From: Candidatus Heimdallarchaeota archaeon
GTDB taxonomy: Archaea; Asgardarchaeota; Heimdallarchaeia; Heimdallarchaeales; Heimdallarchaeaceae
Assembly: GCA_030603365.1 (NCBI GenBank)
Contig: JAUVXV010000010.1
Location: 64,001 to 128,000, forward strand
Length of the DNA stretch: 64,000 bases
Direction of reading: 5' to 3'
The translations under genes and the position numbers were made by a program. The notes under the pieces are model-generated. The model was not told where the DNA came from, searched no databases, and saw only the letters and a program-made list of their open reading frames with translations. This document shows, piece after piece, positions 37,187 to 47,548 of this stretch (position 1 is its first letter; every line of letters begins with the position of its first letter).

Positions 37187-37642
37187 GTGACTAATTTGGG
37201 TTTCGACATAAAAAAAATATTCATAGGAATTAAAAATCTATTCAAACGAATGATAATCTCTATCAAAAATTCGTTTGTTCGAATGTATAAGAATACCAAA
37301 GAGGGATTGAAACCTAAAAACATTAAGGCAAGTATCATAGAAATGCCAAGAATGAACCAAGTTTATTGGTCTAAGCTGATAATTGGATTTTCTGCAGGAT
37401 TGATTTTTGGACTTTCTAACTTTACAAACTGGCTTCCAGGTTTATTATTATTGCTCATTTATATCTCAGTATCTATTGCTTGGTTCCTATCACTTAGAAA
37501 AATAGAAACAGGAATAAAAGTTAGACAATATTTTACTTCAGCAATCTTTCAATATTTCATAACTGCTGTGGCAGTATGGACATTAATTTGGAATATTTTG
37601 TATGTTCCTGAATCACATTTTGAATACCTACCAATTGAATAG
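37187..37642 (+). CDS. EMC6-like three-TM membrane protein
   Basis: VYWSKLIIGFSAGLIFG...YF......WTLIWNILY pattern resembling the EMC6/Rab5ip family. Confidence 0.65.
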   Translation: MTNLGFDIKKIFIGIKNLFKRMIISIKNSFVRMYKNTKEGLKPKNIKASIIEMPRMNQVYWSKLIIGFSAGLIFGLSNFTNWLPGLLLLLIYISVSIAWFLSLRKIETGIKVRQYFTSAIFQYFITAVAVWTLIWNILYVPESHFEYLPIE

Positions 37643-37661
37643 ATTAAAAGAGTGTAAACTC

Positions 37662-37970
37662 ATGAGTCCAAAGAAAGAGAAGAAAAAACCTGAGAAATCT
37701 GAGGAAGAAAAACAACTTCCCTTAATGGAAAGACCAAGGTTTAGGCTTATTTATTCTATAGTGGTTTATTCTTTCTTCGGTGTAGGAATACTACTTCTGA
37801 TACTTTCATATTCTATATGGTCTGATTATCCTTATACATTATTTATTGCATTGGGAATTTTGGGTGTTGGAATCATTCTTTTGACTATGAGATCATCTCG
37901 AAAACATTCAGCTCCACCTCCAGAAGAAGAAGAAGATACTGATACTCTTCAAATGAGGACTAGAAGATAG
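37662..37970 (+). CDS. Small two-TM membrane protein
   Basis: Start MSPKK at 37662 avoids overlap; two hydrophobic helices. Confidence 0.7.
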   Translation: MSPKKEKKKPEKSEEEKQLPLMERPRFRLIYSIVVYSFFGVGILLLILSYSIWSDYPYTLFIALGILGVGIILLTMRSSRKHSAPPPEEEEDTDTLQMRTRR

Positions 37971-37982
37971 ATTTTATTCATT

Positions 37983-38420
37983 TTGACAGATAGTTTTTTA
38001 TGTCGTAATACGTTAGAGTTACCAACAATCAAATATTCCGACATAAATGGTCAGATGATAGAAATGGAAGAAATGGGATTTCAAGAGAAGGTTGGTAAGT
38101 TCCTCAATAGATATGGGAAGGTTCAGAAACTCAAAAAGGATAATATCGACACACAAAGCAGAATTTTACCTTATATTGTTGAAAGTCAAGATCAGAAATT
38201 TGCTGTTTTTGCTTATCATTGGAAAAAAAGTATCGGAACAAATACAATTATCCGTACCGAACATCAAATTAATGACATGAACTGTGATGGAGCAATAATT
38301 ATTGGTAATAGATTCTCTCAGAACTCTTATGATATGGTTAGTGTTACTAATAAGAGAAGAACTAAGAGTATAATTCTTATAAAAATCCAAGAAATGGAAG
38401 AAATTCTTAATGCAAATTAG
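37983..38420 (+). CDS. Mrr-like restriction-endonuclease-fold protein, probably inactive
   Basis: FQEKVGKFL..YG.V, WKKSIG and GAIIIGNRFS pattern; PD-(D/E)xK acidic residues not evident. Confidence 0.6.
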   Translation: MTDSFLCRNTLELPTIKYSDINGQMIEMEEMGFQEKVGKFLNRYGKVQKLKKDNIDTQSRILPYIVESQDQKFAVFAYHWKKSIGTNTIIRTEHQINDMNCDGAIIIGNRFSQNSYDMVSVTNKRRTKSIILIKIQEMEEILNAN

Positions 38421-38559
38421 TTCTTGAAGAAGTAATATAGTGTCCGTTTTGAACAGTATTTCTAAATATTTTCTAATTTCTATTTTTCTTATACTCATAG
38501 ATTGAATATATTTTGGTTTCATACAGATTACAGAAAACTTAAAAAACTCTGACGATAAA

Positions 38560-39246
38560 ATGAATCGGCCAATGATTTCACAGATACGAGAACCCCTATC
38601 TAAGATTGTTCAACCTCTGATTATCTTCTTTGCTAAACTAGGAATTCATCCTACAATATTCACAGTAATTGGACTTTTACTTTCTATAACTTCAGGCGTT
38701 TTTATTGCTCTTAACAACTTTCTAACAGCATTCATAATCATCTGGTTTGCTGGAGCAATGGATTTCATAGATGGTGGTGTAGCTCGATATAACAAACTTG
38801 ATTCCATAAAGGGATCGTTCATTGATAGTATAGCAGATCGTGTTAGTGATGTAGTTGTTTTTGGTGGAGTGATTGCTCGATCAATTTTAGTAGATGATAT
38901 AATTACCATCTATGTAGGCATAATTATGGTAGCTTCAACTCTTTTAATCAGTTATATTAGAGCTAAAGGAGAGAGTATTGGGATTAAGAAAATGGCTGTA
39001 GGAATTATGGAACGCGGAGAGAGATTTATGATATTGATGGTACTAATGTTCGTTGGAATTTTAGTTCCTGAACAAGGCTTTACTACAGCTGTTTATTCTG
39101 TGGGTAGCTTGAATATCTCCTACTTCTCAATCGGATATATGATCCTTACAGCTCTTTGTGTCATAACAGTTATCCAAAGATTTGTTCATGTTTCAATACA
39201 GCTCACTAAAGCAGAAACTGCAGAGAATGTTCAAATCCAAAAATAA
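38560..39246 (+). CDS. pgsA: CDP-alcohol phosphatidyltransferase (archaetidylinositol phosphate synthase-like)
   Basis: DFIDGGVAR...GSFIDSIADRVSD signature; SYIRAKGE and GIMERGER motifs. Confidence 0.9.
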   Translation: MNRPMISQIREPLSKIVQPLIIFFAKLGIHPTIFTVIGLLLSITSGVFIALNNFLTAFIIIWFAGAMDFIDGGVARYNKLDSIKGSFIDSIADRVSDVVVFGGVIARSILVDDIITIYVGIIMVASTLLISYIRAKGESIGIKKMAVGIMERGERFMILMVLMFVGILVPEQGFTTAVYSVGSLNISYFSIGYMILTALCVITVIQRFVHVSIQLTKAETAENVQIQK

Positions 39247-39349
39247 CATTTTTTACAATTTCAAATCACCGATTGTAATTTGTTTATTTTATTGTAAGAT
39301 AATGCATTAAGGTAGCCCGAAGGGTAAATTTTTTATACTTCACAGAGTT

Positions 39350-39688
39350 GTGAACTTGAGAATTGGTGATTTTGTGGCTAAGAAAGGAAAGAAGAAAAAA
39401 CAGAGTATTAATGACGTAAAAGCTGATAAACAAAAAGAACCAATCAAAGATTTTTCTCAAACAAAAGACATAGTTAAGGCGCTTTCAGGAGAGATTGGTC
39501 CACTTGTTGAACAATTCCTTGGTGCTATTTATAACGTAAATTTAGCCGAAACCTTTGCTGATGCTCTAATTAGGATATACAACAAACTTAGAGAAGAAGG
39601 TGTTACTAAACAAACGGCAGAAAAAATAATGATTGAATATTCAGCAAATGTCGATCGTTTCGCAGCAGTACTCAAAAAGAAAGAATAG
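39350..39688 (+). CDS. Hypothetical helical protein
   Basis: ORF in a co-directional run; probable start GTG near 39374. Confidence 0.65.
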   Translation: MNLRIGDFVAKKGKKKKQSINDVKADKQKEPIKDFSQTKDIVKALSGEIGPLVEQFLGAIYNVNLAETFADALIRIYNKLREEGVTKQTAEKIMIEYSANVDRFAAVLKKKE

Positions 39689-39771
39689 CCACAAAAAATT
39701 AACTTTCTAGAGAAAAAATCACATACATTCGCTTCAAGAAATATGGAACCAACAATATTTGAGGTGTTAAA

Positions 39772-40047
39772 GTGGGTATAGTTAGTATGGTTAAGACACT
39801 TTATTATGGCTTTATAATACGAGCAAAGTTAAGTTTGTATACAAGAAAGAAGCGAAAAAGCAAAAAAATTTTTCAAGCAGTTCTTACAGAAAAACTAAGT
39901 AAAGAGAAACTAGATGCAAAAACTATTGAAAAGATCTCAACCAATTACCTGAATATTGGAGAAATTTTCATGGACAGAAAAAATCTCAAATCAGCATTCA
40001 GCCTTAACATGATTTATGAAAAGAGAAGAAATAATTCTAAAAATTGA
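39772..40047 (+). CDS. Hypothetical basic protein
   Basis: GAGGTG RBS-like sequence before the GTG; co-directional with neighbours. Confidence 0.6.
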   Translation: MGIVSMVKTLYYGFIIRAKLSLYTRKKRKSKKIFQAVLTEKLSKEKLDAKTIEKISTNYLNIGEIFMDRKNLKSAFSLNMIYEKRRNNSKN

Positions 40048-40064
40048 TATTATTCTGAACTCAA

Positions 40065-40811
40065 GTGATTTTTTCAGTATTGGATTCTTTCGTAATGTTT
40101 ATTTTAGTTAAAGAAAACAGTTTTTTGGGTTATTCTATGTCTAAACCAAAGAAGTACAAAGGCGAAACAATTTATGATTACATTCCAGATTACTATTCAT
40201 CAGTAAATATTGAAAGTCCTGTTTTTACAAAACTTCCTCCAGGAGAGAAAGATGCGAGATTAAAAGATGTAGAGAGAGAATTAGTTCAATACTGGGAACT
40301 ACTACATCCGATGGTCAGAGAATATCTGACCATGGTTATACGTTATATGAACCAATATGGAGAAGGATCAGAAGATTTAGAGCATTTGAGACGCTCTCTA
40401 GATTTAGAATTAACAAACTCATCAGAGTTATCAGAAGATAATAGAAAACTTAAATCTCAATTATCCGACCTACTGGTAGAGAAAAAAGCATTAGATGAAA
40501 AAATAGATGACTTGCTTGCTGACAGACCACAAATTTCTAATGAAGAAATTAGAGCAATGCAATTAACTCTCTCCTCAAAAGCAGATATAACTGAAAAATC
40601 TATTGAAGAGCTGTTAAAGAAATCAGTTCAAGAGGCTCGAGAAAGCGAAGCAATGAAAAAGGCTAGAGAAGAGAGAGATGAAATGAAAAAGGAACTTGAG
40701 AATGCAAAAGAGCATTTTGAAAAAACTCAAGCTGAAGTAGGAATAACTTTTCAGAAAAAATTACTAGAATGTCAAGCTAGGATAGAAGAACTAGAAGAAG
40801 AACTATCTTAA
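40065..40811 (+). CDS. Coiled-coil protein (probable start MSKPKK)
   Basis: Heptad-rich C-terminal two thirds; directly upstream of the Rab-like GTPase. Confidence 0.75.
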   Translation: MIFSVLDSFVMFILVKENSFLGYSMSKPKKYKGETIYDYIPDYYSSVNIESPVFTKLPPGEKDARLKDVERELVQYWELLHPMVREYLTMVIRYMNQYGEGSEDLEHLRRSLDLELTNSSELSEDNRKLKSQLSDLLVEKKALDEKIDDLLADRPQISNEEIRAMQLTLSSKADITEKSIEELLKKSVQEARESEAMKKAREERDEMKKELENAKEHFEKTQAEVGITFQKKLLECQARIEELEEELS

Positions 40812-40832
40812 TAAATTAAAATCGGTGAAAAC

Positions 40833-41573
40833 ATGAGAAAATGGAATTTCAAAGTAGTTTTAGCTGGTGATGGGGCGGTAGGAAAAACTTCTATTCGAGA
40901 AAGATATATGGGGAAAGGTTTTGAATCCAGTTACTTAAAAACTATAGGTGCAGACTTTTCATCAAAGAAAATTCAAACTGATAAAGATTCCATTACTTTT
41001 CAAATTTGGGATCTAGCAGGTCAAGAAAGTTATCAAGCTGTCCGAAGTACTTTTTACAAGGGTGCTGGAGCAGCTATTTTAGTTTTTGATTGCCAAGATC
41101 CTGCTACTATGACCAATTTGAACAACTGGCTAGAAGAAGCTATGGTTGGATCAAATAATGGGATCCTTATCTATTTTATTATTGCTAACAAAGTGGATTT
41201 AGAAGAGGGAAGAAGAGTTTCTAGAGATATGGCACTTGAATTCTGCAATCGATTAGAAGTAGAAACTGGAATTCACTTCTATTACAGTGAAACTAGTGCT
41301 TTAACTGGTCAGAATATCCAAGAAACATTTGATTTCTTATCTTACAAGCTATTAGAAGCTAATAACATTCAAGATATTGTCCGTCCAGCTAATACTGAAG
41401 GTATAATTGATGTTAGAGAACAGAAGCAAGAAATTGTAATTACTGAAAAAGGAAAAAGTATTTCGCGAGAGGAAATTGACGATATTAATAACAGAATTGA
41501 TGTTATTGAGGGAAGAATGAATACCATTCAAACAATAATAAAGAAAATAGTTCAAAAAATGCAAGAAGAATAG
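40833..41573 (+). CDS. Rab-like small GTPase with a C-terminal coiled coil
   Basis: GDGAVGKTS, TIGADF, WDLAGQE, NKVD and TSAL motifs. Confidence 0.93.
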   Translation: MRKWNFKVVLAGDGAVGKTSIRERYMGKGFESSYLKTIGADFSSKKIQTDKDSITFQIWDLAGQESYQAVRSTFYKGAGAAILVFDCQDPATMTNLNNWLEEAMVGSNNGILIYFIIANKVDLEEGRRVSRDMALEFCNRLEVETGIHFYYSETSALTGQNIQETFDFLSYKLLEANNIQDIVRPANTEGIIDVREQKQEIVITEKGKSISREEIDDINNRIDVIEGRMNTIQTIIKKIVQKMQEE

Positions 41574-41584
41574 AGCTTCTTACT

Positions 41585-42868
41585 CTATTTCACAACTTTT
41601 TTCCCACAGTCTGTACAGAATTCAGCACCTGTTACTAGTATCGATGAGCATACTGGACATCTTTCATCTCTAGATTCCAAAGAATCGGTGGTATCTCTAT
41701 TATAATTTCCAGAACTTTCTTTATCATCTGAATTTGAAGGATTACCTATTCTCTTAACCCAATTAAGACTTGGAGGTTCAATATAGCTTTGGATTGATTG
41801 TTCATAGAAGTAAAACGTATTGACATCTACGAAGTTTGCAAAGGTTATACTTGCTGCTAAGACTAAAATTACTATTCCTACAAGAACATATTCCCAAGCT
41901 GCTACGTTTATTTCTATTGTAGTTGTTAGGAGTGTGGAAACTACGTGTGAGGTAGGAGAAAATGTAGCTATAATTAACGAAGCAGGAAGAATATAAGAGA
42001 ATGCAATTACCTCTACTGTTCGTCTAGCACCTATTTTTGGAAATTGAAAAGCATCTAGAAAATCTTGGAAAACTCCGGCACTTCGTATCAAAGTCAATAT
42101 TTTGGCAATACGAAAAGTTGGAGAAAGAAAAGCAACTAGTAGGATGATTATAATTGAGGGGACATACATTGAGATAGGTGAGCTAATAGGTTCAGAATGG
42201 GGAAAGAACAATTTCAAACAAATAACAGAAATTGTACTTATCAAACCTACTTGAATTGCTTGAATTAGACTAAAGGAAAAGAAATTTGATTTACTCATCT
42301 TGAGAGGCTTTTCATCCCAATTCGAGAGAACTTGTGCAGTTTTGAAACAGCTCAAATAAGAGAGCCCTGAGTATACTAATGCAATAAAAGTGGCTAGAAA
42401 TATTGACAACCAGTTTGAAGGGATCAAATTCAATGTTACTAATAGAATTATACTGGAGAAGAAAAGTAGAGAAACTGAAATTAAGGTATTTAAACCACCT
42501 AAAAGTATGCTTTCAAAGAATGAAAGTTGTTTGAATCTTTTCACATTTAATTTGGGAGACCTAAAGCCTTCACTATAGCTTATTTCCCCCTTCATTTTCA
42601 ATGGAACTATATTTTCAGAAACTTGCCAAGCATATTGAGTTTTATCAACAATGAATCCTCCGTCTATGGGTTTTGTATCCAAAGGTTCATCTCTTAAAAA
42701 TGGTTTGGAATTTGGATGCCCAGAAGGTAGGTCAATTGGAGAATCAAATGTGTCAGTTGGCTTTTTCACTTCTTCTACTAATTCTGTACCACAAACAGAA
42801 CAGAATATCACTTTGTTAGGAAAGGTCGAATTACATATAGCACATTTCTTGTTAGAAATAGGGCTCAC
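41585..42868 (-). CDS. Multi-TM protein with zinc ribbons at both termini
   Basis: CAIC..FCSVCG at the N-terminus, CPVC..FCTDCG at the C-terminus, about six TM helices between. Confidence 0.85.
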   Translation of the reverse strand: MSPISNKKCAICNSTFPNKVIFCSVCGTELVEEVKKPTDTFDSPIDLPSGHPNSKPFLRDEPLDTKPIDGGFIVDKTQYAWQVSENIVPLKMKGEISYSEGFRSPKLNVKRFKQLSFFESILLGGLNTLISVSLLFFSSIILLVTLNLIPSNWLSIFLATFIALVYSGLSYLSCFKTAQVLSNWDEKPLKMSKSNFFSFSLIQAIQVGLISTISVICLKLFFPHSEPISSPISMYVPSIIIILLVAFLSPTFRIAKILTLIRSAGVFQDFLDAFQFPKIGARRTVEVIAFSYILPASLIIATFSPTSHVVSTLLTTTIEINVAAWEYVLVGIVILVLAASITFANFVDVNTFYFYEQSIQSYIEPPSLNWVKRIGNPSNSDDKESSGNYNRDTTDSLESRDERCPVCSSILVTGAEFCTDCGKKVVK

Positions 42869-43033
42869 CTAAGTATACATTGCAACTTTCTTTATATAAT
42901 TCGGCAATACGTGGATATTTTTTAGGAAAATGCTTTTCTTTTTCTAATAAGAGAAAAAACAGTCTCTCGTTCTCTTTTTCCATTTCGAGCAGTTTAAATA
43001 TTCTGGATATTGTATTAGACTTGGTTATTACTG

Positions 43034-44491
43034 ATGAGTGAATCTCCAAAGGAAAAAAACCAAGTGTTTTCCGACTATATTTCTCTTGTTAAAAAAATAG
43101 AGAAAATTGTTGAAGAAACTCCTGATATTATTAAAGGAGATGAACTCAAGGTTGAACAACCAACAGAAAGTGGTTCAGAATCGCAACCAGATTCTATTAC
43201 TCAGAAAGAAGAGATTGTTGAAGTAGAACAACAAACATCAAAGCTTGAAGAAAGAATTTCGGAAGTTGCGGCAAAGGCAGATGGGTCTATTAGTCAAAAA
43301 AAGATTGAGGATCTTATTAGAACTGAAAAAGAATTAATAGAATTCTATTCCAATGCAAAAATCCAGTTATCTGACTTCTATTTCAAAGAAAAGGAGAAAC
43401 AGGAAAATGAAATTATCAATGGAATCAAGACCAAACTTCAATCTCTTGAAAAAATTTCTGTGAAAAAAAGAGAAACATATGGTATACCTTTTGCTTTATG
43501 TAAGTTAGAAGGAAAATACCAAGCTATAATACCCGTTGAAATTGACAAAATCAAACTTCCAACACTAATGGTTGGAGCAAACAAAAATTTCAAATTACTG
43601 CTTGTGAGTAATGATGAGATCTTAAATCTAACACCAAATGAGCAAAACCTTTGGAATCAAGCTTTTAACAGATTCCAGATTAAATTAACTCAGATACTAA
43701 GCAGCAGAGCAAAAGAAAATCTTACTAAAGTCTCTCCGAAAATGAAGTTATTTAAAATCGATTCCTCAAAAATTCATCATTATATCAAGGAATATGAAAC
43801 TAGATTACAAGGTCTTCAGAATTATCAACAAGAGATTTTAAAACATTTACAAGAAATCAACAATTTAATTATCAATGAAAACTCCTTCTGGAAAAATGAT
43901 GATGAGTTTCAAAAAGCAAAACAAGAATTAAAAAACCAACTGATAGAATTTGAAGAAAAACAGAAGAAAATCAGTAGAGAATCTCAAGTGGATTTTATTA
44001 AATTAAAAAGAATACAAAAACGACTAGATGCAAGAACGAAAAAATACAAACTTGATGAGAAGAGGAATAAAAAAATCCCAAGAGAGGAGAAAGAAAAACT
44101 CATCAAGGAAGTTAGAGAATTTCAGAGTAAAAAATTGCACATTCATGAAAATATCGAGCATACAAAAAGAATGGAAGAAACGCTAAGAAAATGGGTTGAA
44201 ATATTCTCTCAGACTGATATAAACCAAGCTAATGAGATGATGCTAGAAAACTATTATCAAGGTTTAGTCGAAAAAATACAAACCTTTACTGAGACACAAG
44301 ATATTGATAGCATCTTAGAAGGATCTATTTTGGTAAGCTCAGACATATCAGAAATAATTTTACATGTTATTTATATCCCCACGACATTATATACTTACAA
44401 GGCAAAACAAGGAGGTCAAGATATAGAAGGTAAAGCAATATTTTTGGCCCCAACTCAAGAAATAATCTTACTAAACCCATCAGTAGTTTAG
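43034..44491 (+). CDS. Hypothetical coiled-coil protein
   Basis: E/K/Q-rich heptads flanked by short beta-rich segments. Confidence 0.75.
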   Translation: MSESPKEKNQVFSDYISLVKKIEKIVEETPDIIKGDELKVEQPTESGSESQPDSITQKEEIVEVEQQTSKLEERISEVAAKADGSISQKKIEDLIRTEKELIEFYSNAKIQLSDFYFKEKEKQENEIINGIKTKLQSLEKISVKKRETYGIPFALCKLEGKYQAIIPVEIDKIKLPTLMVGANKNFKLLLVSNDEILNLTPNEQNLWNQAFNRFQIKLTQILSSRAKENLTKVSPKMKLFKIDSSKIHHYIKEYETRLQGLQNYQQEILKHLQEINNLIINENSFWKNDDEFQKAKQELKNQLIEFEEKQKKISRESQVDFIKLKRIQKRLDARTKKYKLDEKRNKKIPREEKEKLIKEVREFQSKKLHIHENIEHTKRMEETLRKWVEIFSQTDINQANEMMLENYYQGLVEKIQTFTETQDIDSILEGSILVSSDISEIILHVIYIPTTLYTYKAKQGGQDIEGKAIFLAPTQEIILLNPSVV

Positions 44492-44581
44492 TTATTATAA
44501 TAAGCACGTTAGGCTCATTCTAGTATTTTGAAAATAGGGCTTTGAACAACTTTATTAGTGCTTGTTTGTCTAATGAAATAG

Positions 44582-45307
44582 ATGAGAACAGAAATTGTTG
44601 AATGTGACAATGTTTCAAAACACTTCATCATAGGTACAAATGTTGTGAAAGCTGTTCAAGGGGTAGATATGATTCTAAGAGAAGGAGAATTCACATCAAT
44701 AGTTGGACCAAGTGGGAGTGGAAAAACAACCTTACTCAACCTAATTGGAACTTTAGAGGTACCAACTAGAGGTAAAATTATTATTAACAATACAGACTTA
44801 AGCAGTTTCTCGAACTATGAATTAACTAATTTTAGAAGAAAAAACCTAGGATTTGTGTTCCAATTCTTTAACTTAATTGAAGGATTAACATCAGAAGAAA
44901 ATATAGAACTTCCTTTGATATTTGATTCTGTACCTTACGAGGAAAGAAAAACTAGAGTGAATCAAATAATTAAAGAATTTGATTTAGAACATCTGAATGG
45001 AAAATTCCCCGAAGAGTTAAGCTCTGGAGAGAGACAAAGGGTTGCAATTATGCGTGCTTTAATCAATAATCCAGTAATGCTTCTTGCTGATGAACCAACA
45101 GGAAATCTGGACACAAAGACAGGACAAGCAGTACTAGATCTATTCAAAGAATTGAATGAAGAAAGAGGAACATCCATCGCTTTGGTAACACATGATTTAG
45201 CAGCAGCAAAAAGAGCAAAACGTATTCTTCATATGCACGATGGTAAAATAACCTTTGATCAACAAGATTTAGATGTTGAGATTCCAGAACCAAAATCCAA
45301 GATTTAA
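44582..45307 (+). CDS. ABC transporter ATP-binding protein (LolD/MacB-like)
   Basis: GPSGSGKT, LSSGERQRVAI, LADEPTGNLD and VTHD motifs. Confidence 0.93.
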   Translation: MRTEIVECDNVSKHFIIGTNVVKAVQGVDMILREGEFTSIVGPSGSGKTTLLNLIGTLEVPTRGKIIINNTDLSSFSNYELTNFRRKNLGFVFQFFNLIEGLTSEENIELPLIFDSVPYEERKTRVNQIIKEFDLEHLNGKFPEELSSGERQRVAIMRALINNPVMLLADEPTGNLDTKTGQAVLDLFKELNEERGTSIALVTHDLAAAKRAKRILHMHDGKITFDQQDLDVEIPEPKSKI

Positions 45308-45467
45308 GAAAAACCAGTTTATTTTAGTGATAGCCCGACCTTCAACCCATTTATATATCTTTCCCCTAGTTAGAAGATAATACTTATAAAAGCACGTAGA
45401 TTTTTGAGTATAATTAGTGACTCACTATTACTCAAATTTCGAGTAAAAACTTCGCGGAGAAAAATAA

Positions 45468-46475
45468 ATGTCATTAAGAGGATTTATAGTTAGAAGAACC
45501 ATTTATATTGTCCCTGTTATGCTAGGTATTACATTGATGAATTTTACTCTAATCAATGTAAGCCCAGGTGACCCGGTTGTTGTAAGAATAGGTCTGATTC
45601 ATTGTGAATCACCGGAATGTTACAACCAGGCGTATAACAAAGAAGCTATAGAAATGGGTCTCTTAGATCGTGAAATGTATACTGTTCCATGGTTTACTAG
45701 ATATGTTGATTTCGTTAATGATTTATTGCACTTTGATCTGGGGAATAGTTGGTATAATACTCAGGCGGGAGAGGGAATACCTATCGCGCAAATTATCTCA
45801 GAACGTGCAATATATACTATAACACTCAATGTTATATCGTTTGTTTTATCGCTTTTACTGGCTACAGCAATAGGTGTAGTCTCTGCTACAAGACAAAATT
45901 CATTTTGGGACAGATCACTTACAATAGCGATGCTACTAGGATACTCCATGCCACTGTTTTGGCTAGCTAAGCTTCTGATGTTATTATCGTTTAGCTTGTT
46001 TAATTTTACCGGAGTAGCCAACAAGGACGCTTTCAGAAAACCACTGTTTTTAAATCCAGCTTTCTATAAATATCTAATACTACCAACATTAGCACTAACT
46101 CTTGGTGGGTTAGTGTTCATGGCAAGATTGATTAGATCACAACTACTGGAGATTTTAAGACAAGATTACATTACAACGGCGAAAGCGAAAGGGTTGGATA
46201 ATCGAGCGGTAATTTACAAACATGCATTCAGAAACGGGCTATTACCAATAGTTACAATCATTGGTAATTCACTACCTGGATTACTAGCAGGTTCAGTCAT
46301 GATTGAAAGTGTTTTCGGATGGCCAGGATTAGGTACAGTATTCCTTGAAGGAGCTCTCTTTAGAGATTATCCTTTGATGATGGCAACTAACACGATATTT
46401 CCGCTGCTTTTTTTGATAGCGCGGTTACTTACGGATATCACGTACGTGTTTATTGACCCGAGGATTAAGTATTAG
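45468..46475 (+). CDS. oppB: Peptide ABC transporter permease (OppB/DppB)
   Basis: PGDP, DLGNS, DYITTAKAKG, HAFRN, FGWPGLG and DPRIKY motifs. Confidence 0.93.
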   Translation: MSLRGFIVRRTIYIVPVMLGITLMNFTLINVSPGDPVVVRIGLIHCESPECYNQAYNKEAIEMGLLDREMYTVPWFTRYVDFVNDLLHFDLGNSWYNTQAGEGIPIAQIISERAIYTITLNVISFVLSLLLATAIGVVSATRQNSFWDRSLTIAMLLGYSMPLFWLAKLLMLLSFSLFNFTGVANKDAFRKPLFLNPAFYKYLILPTLALTLGGLVFMARLIRSQLLEILRQDYITTAKAKGLDNRAVIYKHAFRNGLLPIVTIIGNSLPGLLAGSVMIESVFGWPGLGTVFLEGALFRDYPLMMATNTIFPLLFLIARLLTDITYVFIDPRIKY

Positions 46476-46486
46476 AGGTGTAAAGT

Positions 46487-47548
46487 GTGGCAACTGTAGA
46501 CAGAGAAGAAAGAGAAGAATTTCTACTTGATGAGAAGACATTAAGAGAAATCGATACAATGAAAGGAGCTGGACAATGGTCAATTGTTTGGCGCCGTATT
46601 AAGAAAGACAAGATGGGTATGCTTGGTCTTTACATCGTCCTATTTTTAATTCTGATGGCTTTTACATCATGGATACTGCTATCATTCGACCAATTTTTAA
46701 CAGACAGAGACATTCTTTTTGGAGACCCCAACAACTCTATCAGTTTGAATAACTTATATGTCGAACTGTGGGTGCCGGGTATGCCTAAAGAGAATCCCAT
46801 TGTCTTATTCAACCATCCTAGATATCAATTCGCAGATCAAGCCAAATTACCTCCATCATTTGAACATCCCTTTGGAACTGATAGAAATGGACAAGACATG
46901 TTATCCAGAGTTTTCTTTGGAGCAACCGTTTCATTAGCCCTTGGGTTTTTAGGTCAGATGACGACAGTAATTATTGGTACATTCTTAGGAGCGATAGCTG
47001 GATTTTATGGTGGTTTAATCGACGAAGTTCTGCAAAGAATTATCGAAATACTATATTCAATGCCTGGATTCATATTGATGATCTTCATCATTGTGCTATT
47101 CGAAGACGTGAATATACCGGGTGGGCGGTACGCGGTTGTAGTTATCTTCTTCTCCCTAATCGGATGGGGAGGCACGGCGTTGATCGTGCGGTCGAACTTC
47201 TTCTCGCTGAAACAGCAAGATTTTGTGGAAGCGGAAAAAGCGCTAGGAGCGAGCGACATGAGGATTATCTTCAAACATATACTACCGAACTCACTAGCAC
47301 CACTGATTATTATCGTAACGCTTGGAATTGCGGGAACGATTTTCCTATTTGCGGCGTTGGCATTCTTCGGTTTCGGAGATCCAAATGCAGTAAGTTGGGG
47401 AGACGATCTCAACAAGTGGCAAAACGATTTAATCGAATATCCGTGGATGCCGATGTTTCCGGCTCTATTTATATTCTTCACGGTGTTAGGCTTTAATCTA
47501 CTCGGTGATTCCCTCAGGGACGCATTAGACCCAAGACTGAAGGATTAA
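46487..47548 (+). CDS. oppC: Peptide ABC transporter permease (OppC/DppC)
   Basis: HPFGTDRNGQD, FVEAEKALGA, HILPN and GDSLRDALDP motifs. Confidence 0.93.
   Translation: MATVDREEREEFLLDEKTLREIDTMKGAGQWSIVWRRIKKDKMGMLGLYIVLFLILMAFTSWILLSFDQFLTDRDILFGDPNNSISLNNLYVELWVPGMPKENPIVLFNHPRYQFADQAKLPPSFEHPFGTDRNGQDMLSRVFFGATVSLALGFLGQMTTVIIGTFLGAIAGFYGGLIDEVLQRIIEILYSMPGFILMIFIIVLFEDVNIPGGRYAVVVIFFSLIGWGGTALIVRSNFFSLKQQDFVEAEKALGASDMRIIFKHILPNSLAPLIIIVTLGIAGTIFLFAALAFFGFGDPNAVSWGDDLNKWQNDLIEYPWMPMFPALFIFFTVLGFNLLGDSLRDALDPRLKD

Noticed and set aside
47005-47496. 158-aa antisense and 110-aa alternate-frame ORFs within oppC
   Set aside because: Explained by stop-codon depletion in the GC-rich patch; no recognisable protein features
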